NCBI GenBank assembly: GCA_013822685.1
Contig: PNKV01000013.1
Location: 13,095 to 77,094 of the forward strand
Direction of reading: 5' to 3'
Origin: Leptothrix sp. (in: b-proteobacteria)
GTDB taxonomy: Bacteria; Pseudomonadota; Gammaproteobacteria; Burkholderiales; Burkholderiaceae_C
Length of the DNA stretch: 64,000 bases
The stretch's first letter is position 1, and each line of letters starts with the position of its first letter. The notes beneath the pieces are model-generated. The model was not told where the DNA came from. It worked only from the letters and a program-made list of their open reading frames with translations, and ran no database searches. The position numbers and the translations under genes were made by a program. This document shows, in pieces, positions 37,259 to 48,600 of this stretch.

Positions 37259-37423
37259 GGTCTTGCTCCTTCTGGGTTGATCTCAAGAACGCTTTTGGCG
37301 TGCTCGACTTTCCTTGTCGACCTTTTCACGCGTACCGTCAAGACAAGGCCTCACAGAGGGTTGGGCGATATCATTCCGGGCCGCTTGATTTGTCTTTCTT
37401 CAACCCAATTTCTGGACACCGCC

Positions 37424-37780
37424 ATGCCCTACATGTTGATGATCGTTGAGCCCGTTGGGCAACGGCTCACCCGCACGGAAGCCCAAGGCCGCGAAGCGTA
37501 TGCCAGCATGGTTCGCTTTGGTGCCGACTTGAAGGAGCGTGGGCTGCTGCTGGCCAGCGAATCTTTGCAATCCCAGAATGGCGCCGCGCGCGTGGCAGTG
37601 CGAGACGGCCAGCGCCGCGTGTTGGATGGCCCCTTCGCCGAAGCCAAAGAGATGATCGGCGGCTTCTTCTTGCTGGATTGCCAGACCCGTGATGAGGCCA
37701 TTGCGATTGCCGCGCAATGCCCGGCGGCCGAATGGTGCGAGATCGAAGTGCGCGCCCTCGCCCCCTGCTACGAAGACTAA
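37424..37780 (+). CDS. YciI/DGPF family protein
   Basis: VLDGPFAEAKEMIGGFF, IEVR. Confidence 0.92.
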   Translation: MPYMLMIVEPVGQRLTRTEAQGREAYASMVRFGADLKERGLLLASESLQSQNGAARVAVRDGQRRVLDGPFAEAKEMIGGFFLLDCQTRDEAIAIAAQCPAAEWCEIEVRALAPCYED

Positions 37781-37797
37781 AAATTGTGCAAGGCGGG

Positions 37798-37824
37798 TGT
37801 CGAACCCGTGTCGCCTGGTTCGTC
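37798..37824 (+). promoter_or_regulatory. Putative ECF42-type promoter
   Basis: TGTCGA-N17-CGTC upstream of the second YciI gene; resembles the ECF42 motif as I recall it. Confidence 0.55.
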
Positions 37825-37881
37825 GTGTGAATGAAGGCCTGAAGTGGCCTGAGGGATACACGGCAAATCAGGAGCATTCAG

Positions 37882-38238
37882 ATGCGATTCATGATCATGG
37901 TGAAATCGACACCCGACGGTGGCGCCGGCCTCATGCCCGATGAGGACCTGTTCGCCTCGATGGCCCAGTACCACGCGCAACTGGCCAAGGCTGGCGTGCT
38001 CCTGGACGCATCGGGTTTGCAGCCTTCGTCCACCGGCTGGCAGGTGCGCTATGGCGCCAGCGGCCAAGGCACAGTGCTTGATGGCACGCCCACCGGCCAC
38101 CAAACGCAGTTGGCTGGCTACGCGCTGATCGAGGTGCGCTCACGCGCGGAAGCACTGGAATGGTCGCGGCGGTTTCCAGCCCCGGTGGGCAATGGCATGG
38201 GGGCCGAGATCGAGGCCCGCCAGCTTCACGAACATTGA
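37882..38238 (+). CDS. Second YciI/DGPF family protein (DGTP variant)
   Basis: MRFMIMVK, AGVLLDASGLQPSS.G..VR, AGYALIEVRSRAEALEWSRRFP. Confidence 0.88.
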   Translation: MRFMIMVKSTPDGGAGLMPDEDLFASMAQYHAQLAKAGVLLDASGLQPSSTGWQVRYGASGQGTVLDGTPTGHQTQLAGYALIEVRSRAEALEWSRRFPAPVGNGMGAEIEARQLHEH

Positions 38239-38252
38239 GCAAGGAGCACAAC

Positions 38253-38783
38253 GTGGTCAAAACCATCCTCATCGTGGCCGCCGTGGGCGTGGTCGCCTTG
38301 CTGGCTTACGCCGCCAGCAAGCCCGACACCTTCACCATCCAGCGCAGCGCCAGCATCAAGGCGCCGGCCGCCAAGCTGCATCCACTCATCAACGACCTGC
38401 ACCAGTTCAACACCTGGAACCCCTACAACCTGAAGGATCCCGCCATCAAGGGCGCCTACCGCGGGCCGGCGGCAGGGCCTGGCGCGCATTACGACTTCGA
38501 GGGCAACAAGGATGTCGGCAAGGGCAGCATTGAAGTCACCGCCTCGGCGCCCGACAAGGTCTCGATGCGGCTGGACATGATCGAACCTTTCGAGGGCCAC
38601 AACCAGGTCGAGTTCACGCTGGCAACGGTGGCCGAAGGCACCCAGGTGACCTGGGCCATGCACGGCGCCGCACCATTCATGTACAAGCTGGCGGGCATCT
38701 TCATCAACATGGACCAGATGATGGGCCGCGACTTCGAAGCCGGCCTGGCCAACCTGAAAACCAAAGCGGAGCAAACATCATGA
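38253..38783 (+). CDS. SRPBCC (polyketide cyclase-like) protein
   Basis: GTG start after AAGGAG; KPDTF.IQRS..I.A, WNP, GNKDVGKG, DFEAGLANLK. Confidence 0.85.
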   Translation: MVKTILIVAAVGVVALLAYAASKPDTFTIQRSASIKAPAAKLHPLINDLHQFNTWNPYNLKDPAIKGAYRGPAAGPGAHYDFEGNKDVGKGSIEVTASAPDKVSMRLDMIEPFEGHNQVEFTLATVAEGTQVTWAMHGAAPFMYKLAGIFINMDQMMGRDFEAGLANLKTKAEQTS

Positions 38784-39193
38784 GCCGTCAGATCTTCGTC
38801 AACCTGCCCGTCCGCGACCTGGACAAGACCAAGGCATTTTTCAGCAGCCTGGGCTTTGGCTTCAACCAGCAGTTCACCAACGAGCAGGCGGCCTGCATGG
38901 TCATCTCGGAAGACCACAGCTACGTGATGCTGCTGGTCGAAGACTTCTTCAAGAGCTTCATCCGCAAGTCGTTGGCCGATGCGCACCAAAGCACCGAGGT
39001 GCTGCTGTGCTTGTCGTGCGACAGCCGCGCCGAGGTCGACGAGATGGTGGCCAAGGCCATCGCCGGTGGCGGCAAGGCCTCCAAGGAGGCGAAGGACCAC
39101 GGCTTCATGTACGAGCATGGCTTTGAAGACCTGGACGGCCACCTCTGGGAGGTGATGCACATGGACATGAGTGCCGCACCGCCCCAGTTCTGA
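38780..39193 (+). CDS. VOC/glyoxalase family protein
   Basis: IFVNLPV.DL, FEDLDGHLWE. Confidence 0.92.
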   Translation: MSRQIFVNLPVRDLDKTKAFFSSLGFGFNQQFTNEQAACMVISEDHSYVMLLVEDFFKSFIRKSLADAHQSTEVLLCLSCDSRAEVDEMVAKAIAGGGKASKEAKDHGFMYEHGFEDLDGHLWEVMHMDMSAAPPQF

Positions 39194-40485
39194 TGACATC
39201 GGCCACGCACCAAGCCATCGAGGCGGTCTGGCGCATCGAATCGGCCAAGATCATCGCGGGGGTCGCGCGCATGGTGCGCGACATCGGCCTGGCCGAAGAG
39301 CTCGCGCAAGATGCCCTGGTCACGGCACTGGAGCACTGGCCCAGTTCAGGCGTGCCCGACAACCCGGGCGCCTGGCTCATGACCACGGCCAAGAACCGGG
39401 CCCTTGACCGATTGCGGCGGGCCAAGATGATCGAGGGCAAGCTGCAAGAGCTTGGCCATGATCTGCAAGCCCAGGAGGCCTTGATCGTGCCTGATTTCGT
39501 GGACGCGCTGGATGCTGCCCGGGCCGACGAGATCGGCGACGATTTGCTGCGGCTGATCTTCACCGCCTGCCACCCGCTGTTGTCCACGCAGGCGCGTGCG
39601 GCACTCACCTTGAAGCTGCTGGGCGGGCTGACCACCGACGAGATCGCCCGGGCTTTTCTGGTGTCCGAACCCACGATCGCGCAGCGCATCGTCCGCGCCA
39701 AACGCACGCTGACGGCGGCCAAGGTGCCTTTCGAAGTGCCGCGCGGCGAAGACCTGGCGCAACGCCTGGCCTCCGTCCTGGAGGTGGTTTACCTGATCTT
39801 CAACGAGGGCTACACCGCCACCCGCGGCGAAGACTGGATGCGCCCTGCCCTGTGCGACGAAGCCCTGCGACTGGGCCGCATGCTGGCCGAGCTGGCACCC
39901 CATGAGGCCGAGGCGCATGGGCTGATCGCCTTGATGGAACTGCAGGCATCGCGGGCGGCCGCCCGGGTGGATGCATCGGGCAAGCCGGTCTTGCTGATGG
40001 ACCAGGATCGCGCCCGTTGGGACCACCTGCTGATCCGGCGTGGGCTGAACGCGCTGGCCCGTGCCGAAGCGCTGGCCGAATCAACGGGGCAAGCCCTGGG
40101 CCCCTACGCCCTTCAAGCCTCGATCGCGGCCTGCCATGGCCGGGCCCGCACCGCCGGTGAGACCGATTGGGCGCGCATTGCCGCCTTGTACGACGCCCTG
40201 GCCCAGGCCGCGCCCTCGCCGGTGGTGGAGCTGAACCGGGCGGTGGCGGTGGGCATGGCCTTCGGGCCGGCCGCAGGCCTGCAGATCGTGGATGAGTTGC
40301 GAGAGGACCCCTCACTGCAGGGCTACCAATGGCTGCCCAGCGTGCGCGGCGACTTGCTGGCCAAGCTGGGCCGCACCGCAGAAGCCTGCGCGGAGTTCGA
40401 GCGCGCGGCCGAACTGGCGGGCAATGCGCGCGAGCGTGAGTTACTGCTGGAGCGTGCCCGGGCTTTGGGGCCGGACCTGCCTTGA
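39193..40485 (+). CDS. ECF sigma factor with C-terminal TPR-like extension (ECF42-like)
   Basis: WRIES, AEELAQDA, WL.TTAKNRALD, DDLLRLIF.ACHP, GGLTT.EIARAFLV.E.TIAQRIVRAK, YQLQA-type C-terminal region; next to DGPF genes. Confidence 0.9.
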   Translation: MTSATHQAIEAVWRIESAKIIAGVARMVRDIGLAEELAQDALVTALEHWPSSGVPDNPGAWLMTTAKNRALDRLRRAKMIEGKLQELGHDLQAQEALIVPDFVDALDAARADEIGDDLLRLIFTACHPLLSTQARAALTLKLLGGLTTDEIARAFLVSEPTIAQRIVRAKRTLTAAKVPFEVPRGEDLAQRLASVLEVVYLIFNEGYTATRGEDWMRPALCDEALRLGRMLAELAPHEAEAHGLIALMELQASRAAARVDASGKPVLLMDQDRARWDHLLIRRGLNALARAEALAESTGQALGPYALQASIAACHGRARTAGETDWARIAALYDALAQAAPSPVVELNRAVAVGMAFGPAAGLQIVDELREDPSLQGYQWLPSVRGDLLAKLGRTAEACAEFERAAELAGNARERELLLERARALGPDLP

Positions 40486-42681
40486 ACTGGCCGCCAACCT
40501 TTGCCCCGGATTGGGCTTGAGCCCGGCACCGCGCACCTCGAACTTCACCTCGGCCATGGTCTGGCCCTGCGCATCAATCAGGGCCAGATGGTGCCGACCT
40601 GGCCACATGGTCCACAGCGTCGGCTTGGCGGGCCCCAGGCGCTTGCCGTCGAGGCGCCAGGCCCATTGGGTCGGCACGCCCGGTGCGGCGCTCAAAGTCA
40701 AGCGCTGCGACCGGGGCGGGATGTCGGGGTCCAGCGCGATGATGGTGCGGTCGGCCGGGGCGGTGATCAGTGAGCGGGCCGAGCCCGACAAGCTGGCCAG
40801 CTGGATGTGGCTTTGTTGCGTTCCCTGCAGGAACCACTCCTGGCGAGGAGGCTCCAGTTGCCGATCGAAGCTCACGGCGGTTTGAACCACGCTGGTAGGT
40901 GCCACCGATGGCTGGGGCGACACAGGCCCGGCCCGGCGTTGAAGCTCGTCCATCACGGTGCGCCACACCGGCGCCGCACCGGTCACGCCCGACACATCCC
41001 ACATGGGTTCGCCGCTGGCATTGCCCACCCACACGCCCACGGTGTAGCGCTTTGAAAATCCAATGCACCAGTTGTCGCGCATGTCCTTGCTGGTGCCAGT
41101 TTTGGCGGCCACCCAGTAGCGGGCGGCCAAGGCGTTGTCCAGGCCAAAGGTGGGCACACGCGCTTCGCGGTCGGCCAGGATGTCGCTGACGATGAAGCTG
41201 GCGCCGGGGTCCATCACGGCTTTCGGGGCCGCGGCTGGGTCTGTGGCGCGCAGGCGCAGTGGCGTGTGAACGCCGCCATTGGCCAGGGACCGGTAAGCGT
41301 TGCTGAGGTCGGCCAAGGTAACCTCGGCCGAGCCCAAGGCCAGGCTGTAGCCGTAGTAGTCGCCCTGGCGTTTGAGCGGCAGGCCCAGGGCTTTCAAGCG
41401 CTGCGCGAAACGTTCGGGCGTGACCATGACCAGGGTGCGCACGGCCGGCACATTGAGCGAGGCCGCCAACGCGGTGCGCACCGACACGGGCCCTTTGAAA
41501 TGGCGGTCGTAGTTTTGCGGAATGTAGAGACCACCGGGTGTCGACAGGTCCACCGGCGAGTCGTGCAGGATGGAGGCGGCTGTCATCCACCGCTGCTCCA
41601 AGGCCATCTCATACAGGAAGGGCTTGAGCGTGGAACCCGCCTGGCGCAGGGCCATCACCCCATCGACCTCGGCCGCCTGCGACAAGCCGCTGCCACTGGA
41701 GCCCACCCAGGCCAGCACATCGCCCGAGGCGTTGTCGATGACGATGACGGCGCCGTCTTCAACATGGCGCTCATGGAGGCCGGCCAGGTGCTGGCGCAAG
41801 GTGTCTCGGGTGAAACGCTGCAGGCGCGCGTCCAAAGTGCTTTGAACGGCGACTGGTTTGGCCGTGCTTGCCGTGGCGGTGTTCAAGGCCAACAGCCGGC
41901 GCGCCAGATGAGGCGCGATCTGGCGGTCGGCGTCCAGGCGTTCAGCGGGGCGGCTGGCCAGGACCTGCTCCGTGTAGGTGGACAAGAACACGCACTCTTG
42001 GGCCCGGCCTTGCGCAGTGAGGATGCTGCAAGCGCGGCTGGACACGGCCACCGGCTTGGCGTTGGGCGCGCGCACCAAGGCTGCGGCAATGGCCGCCTCC
42101 TGGGCGTTCAAGCCACTGGGGTATTTCTGGAACAAGCGTGCTGACATGGCCCCGATGCCGACCAACTCGCCCCTGAAGCCAACGAGGTTGACGTAAGCCT
42201 CCAGGATCTGATCCTTGCGCCATTGGCGTTCCAACTGCCAGGCGGTGCTGACCTGGCCAACCTTCGCGCTCAGCGACCGGCCGCCTTTGGGCGTGGCCAG
42301 TTCAGCATCCAGCAGGCCGGCCAGTTGCATGGTCACGGTCGAGGCGCCGCGTGTGCGGGTGTTCCAGAGATTGGCCCAGGCTGCTGCGCCGACGGAAGAC
42401 CAATCAACGCCCCCGTGCTCGTAAAAGCGCTTGTCTTCCGAGAACAGCAAGGCCTGCCGAAAGGCGGGCGAGACCTGCACCAAGGGCACCCAATCAGACC
42501 GCTGAGCACGTGTGTCCGCCCGCAGCTGTTGAACGGGCTCGCCATGGCGGTCCAGCAACACGGCATCCGACGACCGGTACCGGGCCTTGACCTGCTCGAA
42601 GCTGGGCAAGGCCAGCGCGGCGGTGCAGGCTGCGGCACCCACCGCCAGCACACACCATGAACGCCAGGTGCTGACCATCAT
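40441..42681 (-). CDS. pbpC: Penicillin-binding protein 1C
   Basis: EDKRFYEHGGVD, GASTVTMQL, GSTLKPF, SLN, KTGTS; follows the alpha-2-macroglobulin gene. Confidence 0.92.
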   Translation of the reverse strand: MMVSTWRSWCVLAVGAAACTAALALPSFEQVKARYRSSDAVLLDRHGEPVQQLRADTRAQRSDWVPLVQVSPAFRQALLFSEDKRFYEHGGVDWSSVGAAAWANLWNTRTRGASTVTMQLAGLLDAELATPKGGRSLSAKVGQVSTAWQLERQWRKDQILEAYVNLVGFRGELVGIGAMSARLFQKYPSGLNAQEAAIAAALVRAPNAKPVAVSSRACSILTAQGRAQECVFLSTYTEQVLASRPAERLDADRQIAPHLARRLLALNTATASTAKPVAVQSTLDARLQRFTRDTLRQHLAGLHERHVEDGAVIVIDNASGDVLAWVGSSGSGLSQAAEVDGVMALRQAGSTLKPFLYEMALEQRWMTAASILHDSPVDLSTPGGLYIPQNYDRHFKGPVSVRTALAASLNVPAVRTLVMVTPERFAQRLKALGLPLKRQGDYYGYSLALGSAEVTLADLSNAYRSLANGGVHTPLRLRATDPAAAPKAVMDPGASFIVSDILADREARVPTFGLDNALAARYWVAAKTGTSKDMRDNWCIGFSKRYTVGVWVGNASGEPMWDVSGVTGAAPVWRTVMDELQRRAGPVSPQPSVAPTSVVQTAVSFDRQLEPPRQEWFLQGTQQSHIQLASLSGSARSLITAPADRTIIALDPDIPPRSQRLTLSAAPGVPTQWAWRLDGKRLGPAKPTLWTMWPGRHHLALIDAQGQTMAEVKFEVRGAGLKPNPGQRLAASSRQVRPQSPGTLQQ

Positions 42682-42685
42682 GGCC

Positions 42686-45600
42686 TCAAGGCCCCACCGC
42701 CACGGGCGCGTTGGGGAACTCGCCGAACATCTCGGGCGCGTACATGGCCTCGACCCGCGTTTGTGGCAGTCCGAAGGTGCCAGGGTTGTTCAAACGCACG
42801 GTGTATTCCAGCACCAGCGGGCCCTTGGGCAGGTAACGGTAATACGAGCGGAAGGCCTCGAAGCTGCGCTCCTGGAACGCCAGCCAGCCACGGCTGTCCT
42901 GCCGTTCGTCGGTCGTGCTCATGGCATCGTCGCGGCCCAGGCCGGTGCCCAGCAAAGTGGCGCCACCAGGGATGGGGTCGTTGACGACCACCCAGGTCAT
43001 GTCGGCCTGCGCGTCGATCTCCAGGTGCACGCGCAGCACATCGCCCCGGCTGTATTGGCCCTTCACCTTCTGCTCCACCGGGGTGACGGTCTTGGTGATG
43101 CGGTAACCGCTGCTGAAAGGCGTGGTCAGGCGGATGGCGGCTTTGCTGGTGAAGGTGAGCCAGGGCTTGCCCGTGCCTTCATGCGTGACCTTGACGTTGC
43201 TGCCTGACGGGCCTGATGCGCTGCCGGCCACCGGCTTGGGCCAACCCAGCGCCACCTTGCCGCCATCGGGCGATTGGCCCCACGAAAAGCTTTGTGGCGC
43301 TGGCCCTGGCTCAAAGCCCACCTTCGACGTGCCTGTGACCGGATCGCGCTCAAAGCGTTTCGAGAAGGCCTCGATGGCGACCGAACCCCAGGCGTTGGAC
43401 ACCGTGGTGGACCAACGGCCGCGCTGCTGGCGTTGCAGCGTGCCGGTGACCAGGCGCGGCAGGTCGTCCTTCCACGCGGCCTTGGGCAAAGTCGTCAGGA
43501 TCATGCGCACGCTGTTGACGTCGCCATTGGCCATCAGCCACCACCAACTGTCATCGCGTTCGGTTGAAAAGCCCAGGCGCGTGCCTTGCACATTCAGGCG
43601 TGCACGCAGGATCTGTTCGGCCTCGGTCATGCGCTTGTCGCGCTCGGGGATCTCCTTCACGCGGTCCAGGACGGACAACCAGTCGATGACGGCGCTGGTG
43701 GGCCACTGGTTGGGCAGGATCTGCACCGAGTCCAGCATGCGTGCTTGCGCTTTGCCCGTGCGCGACAAGGCCTCGATCGCGGCCAGCTTGCGCACGTCCA
43801 AATCACCGTTCTTCAAAAAGGCCGGCACCCAGAAGTCGCGCTTGATGCGGCCTTCGACAAACGCGGCCAAACCGCGCTCCATGCGCAGGCGCGTGTCGTC
43901 GGGCAGGCTGAAGTCGTAGCCCAACTTGCTGGCCTCGTCGCTGATGGCGAGCAGGTAAGCGGTCAGGCTGTCGCTGCCGGTGCGGCCAGAGCTGGCCGAG
44001 GGCGGGAAGTAATGCGCCAGGCCATCGTCATCCAGGTACAGCGGGATGCGGCTGGCCAAGCTGCGCCAAGCCTCGACATCGCGCAGGCCAATGGCGATGG
44101 AAGCACGTTGCTCCAGGCAATCCCACAGGTAGCGCTCGAAGAAGTCGCGCACACCGGGCAGGCCGTCAGACAGCTTGGGCTTGAAGGCGACTTCGATGCC
44201 ACCGCGCGGCACGCCTTGCGCATCGGCCAGGGCCGTGGCCGGCATGCCGATGGGGATGCTGATGCTGCCCTTGTCCAGCTGCACCAGGGTGGCTTGCTGC
44301 ACAGTCACCGGCACGGCTTCGGCCACCTTCTGCACCACCTTCATGCGGTCACGCACGGCGCCCGATTCGGCCGACACCGTCCACTCTTGCTGCTTGACGT
44401 TGAAGGGCACGGTCACATCCCAACCCGCTTCGGCGGCGGCGTTGGGTTCGATGCGGATGCGCTGCGCGGGCATAGTCTCGGTGCCGACCTGGGCAGTGAA
44501 CGAGGCCTCCATGGCCTGGGCCGTGGTGTTGCGCAAGGTGAACATGGCGCGGTAGCGGTCACCCTCGCGCACCAGCGGCGGCACGCCCGACATGATCTGC
44601 AGATCCTGCGTGGCGGCGATGCTGGCGCGCCCGGTGCCGAACAGACCCGCGTTGGCGCTCTGTACCGCATCCGCGATGACGACGATGCGGAAGGATGTGA
44701 GCGAGTCGTTCAAGGGCACCTTGACGACCGCTTCGCCCTTGGCATCGAGCACCACGCGCGGGTTCCACAACAGCAAGGTGTCGAACAACTCGCGCGTGGG
44801 AAACTGCCCGCCCCCGCCGCCCGGTGGCGCGGCCTTCTTGCCGAAGTGACGCTTGCCGATGATCTTCATTTGCGCGGTGGCGGTGTCCACGCCATAGCCG
44901 CGCTGGCGCACCATGGCGCCCAGCAGGTCCCAGCTGTCGTTGGGGCTGAGTTCCAGCAAGGCTTCGTCCACGGCGGCCAGGGCCACCTCGGTGCCGGCGG
45001 GCACAGGCTGGCCATTCGGCAAGCTGACCTTCACCCGCACCTGGCTGATTGCGCGGATCGGGTAGCGCGCCTTGTCCGGCTGCACGTCCACCTTCAAGCG
45101 GTGGCCCGCCGTGCCCACCTCGATCTCGGCGATGCCGTATTTGAAGGCCGGCTTGGACAGGTCAACCATCGCCGTCGGCGCTTGGTAATCACGCCCATCA
45201 TCATTGAAGGCCTTCCACCATTCGGTGGGCGAGCGCCAGCCCCAGGTGAAGAAGCTGTACCACGGCACCTCGTGCACGCGGCCGCGCACAGCCAGCACGG
45301 ACACGAACACGTTGGGGCCCCACTCCGCTTTCACTTCCAGCGAAATGGTGGGGTCCTTGCCATTCAACTCAACCGTGCGGGTTTCGATGATGCCGTTGCG
45401 CTCGATGGCGACAAGCGCGGTGGCATGGCGGAAGGGGCTGCGCACCTGGAACTTCGCGGTCTGGCCCGGCTCGTAGCTGCGCTGCTCGGGGATCACGTCC
45501 ATGCGGTCCTGGTTTTCGCCACCGAACCACAATTCGCCCTGGCGTGTCACCCACACCGAGGCGGCCGAGCGCGCGGTGTTGCCAGCGGCATCGTTGGCCT

Positions 45601-48600
45601 GCGCAATCAGTTCAACCTCGCCTGCGGACTTCAGCGTGCCCTCGCACAGCACCAGGCCGCGCGCATCGCTGGTGCCGCTGCACACCTGGCCCAGGTCTTC
45701 GTCGGCGTTCTGGTTGTCATAGGCATAAAAGCCCCCTACCAGGCGCTTGCGCGTGGAGTTGGTGCGGTGGGCCACGGCGCGCACGCTGACGTTCACGCCT
45801 GCTTTAGGCTGGCCGGCGGTGTCCAGCACCACCACCTGCGTGGCCACCTTCTGCTTCACCGACACCCATTCCTCGGTGCGCACACCCATCACCAGGCCGG
45901 CGGGCCACACCGGCACGGTCTGGCTCAAGGTCTGCACCTCGCCATTGGGATCGGCATAAGTGGCCTGCACCAGCATCTCACGCGGCACCTTGGTGGCCGG
46001 CAGCTTGGGCAGCAGCACATTGCCAGCGCCATTCTTGTCCAGCGTCACGGGCAGCTTGTCGGCCACCAGCTTGGCCCGCTCTTCACGTGTGTAGACGGAC
46101 GACTCTTCATCCCCTTCGTCCACATAGTCTTCCGAGAAAAACGACTTGGCATTGGGATCACGCGGCTCGCGCGGTGGGTTGAAGCGAAAGCCAGGGTAGC
46201 GCTCGGTGCGCAACGCCGACTCCAGATTCGCATCGCGCCATTGGGCCGACACGCGCACCGGCAAACCCGCCGCGCCGCCGCCATTGCCGTAGTTGATCTG
46301 CAAACCCAGGCTCACGTCCTTGGGCTGGATCAACGCTGTTTTGGGCGGGATGATGCGGCCGGTCATCACCGGCAGGCGGAACTCTTCGACGCGGAAGCTG
46401 CCCGTGTTCACACGCTGGTCATCACTGACCAACTGGATGTTGTAGACGCCCAGCTTGGCGTCTTCGGGGATGGCGAAGCTTGATTCGGCATGCCGGCCGC
46501 GCCAACTCAGTGCTTGCGAGAACTCCTGGCCCGTGCCTTCGTGCACGATGGTCAGCGTGGGCGGTAACTCACGCGGGTCGACCAGGCCCAAGCCCGTCAG
46601 TTTCTCAAGCCGCGCGTGGTGCTGCATGGACACAGTCTGGCCAGCGCGCACCAAGGTCCGGTCCAGCACAGAGTGGTAGATGGTGGACGATGGCACGTCC
46701 GTCCAACTGGTGTTCACATGAAAGCGCCAGGGTTCGATGCCCTGGTTCCAGGTTGACCAAACGAAGGCCATGTCGGCACGGCCTTGCGCATCCGTCTTGC
46801 GGGCACTCACGAAGTAGCCCGTTTCGTTCTCGTTGCGCGAAGCGCCGCTCTGGCAATACTCCCAAGTCAGGCGCGGCAACTCCTTCTTGACCATGGCCAG
46901 GCCTAGTTTGTTCGTGCGGCCAGACCACACCACCTGGCCCTGGCAATCCGAGATCTGCACCTGCGCGGCTTCCACCGGTTTGCCTTTGTCCAGCGTCGTC
47001 ACCCACACCAGCGAGTTGTTGGTGCTGGTCTTGAAGTGCACGCCCAGGTTGGTGACCAGCACGCTGGTGCGCACGAACATGGGCGCATTGCGGTCCAGCA
47101 AAGCCTGGCCAAGCTTGGCCGATTCAACCTCCACCACGTGGAAGCCGGGCTGGTTCATGGGGATGCCAATCACCTCAAACGGCCGGGCATCAAGCTTGGC
47201 ATCGCTGGACGGCAAGCTCAGCTTCTTCGCGCCGGCTTCACGGTTAAGAAGGCTCAAGGTTCGGGTCTGCACCACATCGGGCCGATCTTCGTTGTCGTCT
47301 TGCTCGTCCTCGGGCACCGCTTCGCCATAGCGCTTGGCAGGTCGCGCCGGCTTGGCTTTCTTAGGGGGTGGCGGCAACTTGATGCCCAGTTCTGACTGAA
47401 CCTCGTCGCGAGGCAAACGCCCTTCGTTGTAGCGCTTGACCTTGGCCAGCCACGCGATGATCGATTGGTCATCGGCCAGCTTCAGATCGCGCACCGCACT
47501 GCCCGGCGTGGCCAGGCCTTTCACCTTCAGATCCCCTTCAATGCGGCGCACGGTCAAGGGCAGCATGGGCTCGGCGTTCAGCTCCAGGATGCCAAACGTA
47601 GCGGCAGGGAACTTGGCCAAGGCCGGGGCCTCAGCGGTGCGGGTCTTCAAAGGGAAGGCGCTGGCATTGCTCAACACACGGCTCGCATCGTCGCGCAGGT
47701 CGGCGGGCAGCTCGATGCGGATGTCGGCGCTTTCGGGGAACGGGCCTTTGAACTCCACGGCACTCACGCCACTGTCCGACGGGTCGGTACCCACCTCACC
47801 CTTCTTGCGGCTGAACAGGTAGAAGAACTGGCGGATGCCGTTCCGCACCACCGACAGCAGTTGCTCTTTGGTCTCGCCACGCTGCAGCTCCACCTCGGGC
47901 TTGCGCTGGCCATCGGGCGAGATCAGCACGATCCGCTCTGCCAGCTTGCGGGGCACGGGCGAAGAGAACTCGATCCGCATCGGCCTGATGGGCAGGCAAT
48001 CGGCCCGCGAACTGGTGCGCTCGCAAGTGAAGCTGGCGCTGAACGGCGGCCGCACGGTGTAGTCCAGGGTGCGATCGTTCGAATTGGGCACGCCCGATGG
48101 CGTGGCAATGCCGCGCGCCCAGATCACCTGAACCCGGGCATCGTTCGGCAATGGCCGCGCGCACTGCACAGTGACCACTCTCGCCTGCTGCGGCAGCAGG
48201 TCAACCGCCTTGATGATCGCGTCGCGCACGGCACCCGTCACCACTTTCAAGGGCAGTTGTTCGCCCAGGCCCGCGACCTCGCAGCGGCCATGCCGCTCAA
48301 TGCTGGCTGCGGTGGCGGCACCGGTGAGCAGCAGCGCAAACACCTGTTCTTCCTCGATCCGGCTGCCCTCGCCCGCGACTGGGTAAGCCCGAACGATCGT
48401 TGGCCCACCGGTGCTGAAGTCGTAGGCCGCCGGGCCTTGCACCGCATCACCAGCCAAGGTTTTCAAGCCCGCCTTCAACTTGAAGCTGCACTTGGTGCCT
48501 GCCGGCACGTCCTGCGTGAAGTCATGCACCCAGGTCTTGTCATCCACCCAACGGCCCGAGCCCGCTGGCGGCGTGCTGTTGGCACAAGCCAGGTCAAACG

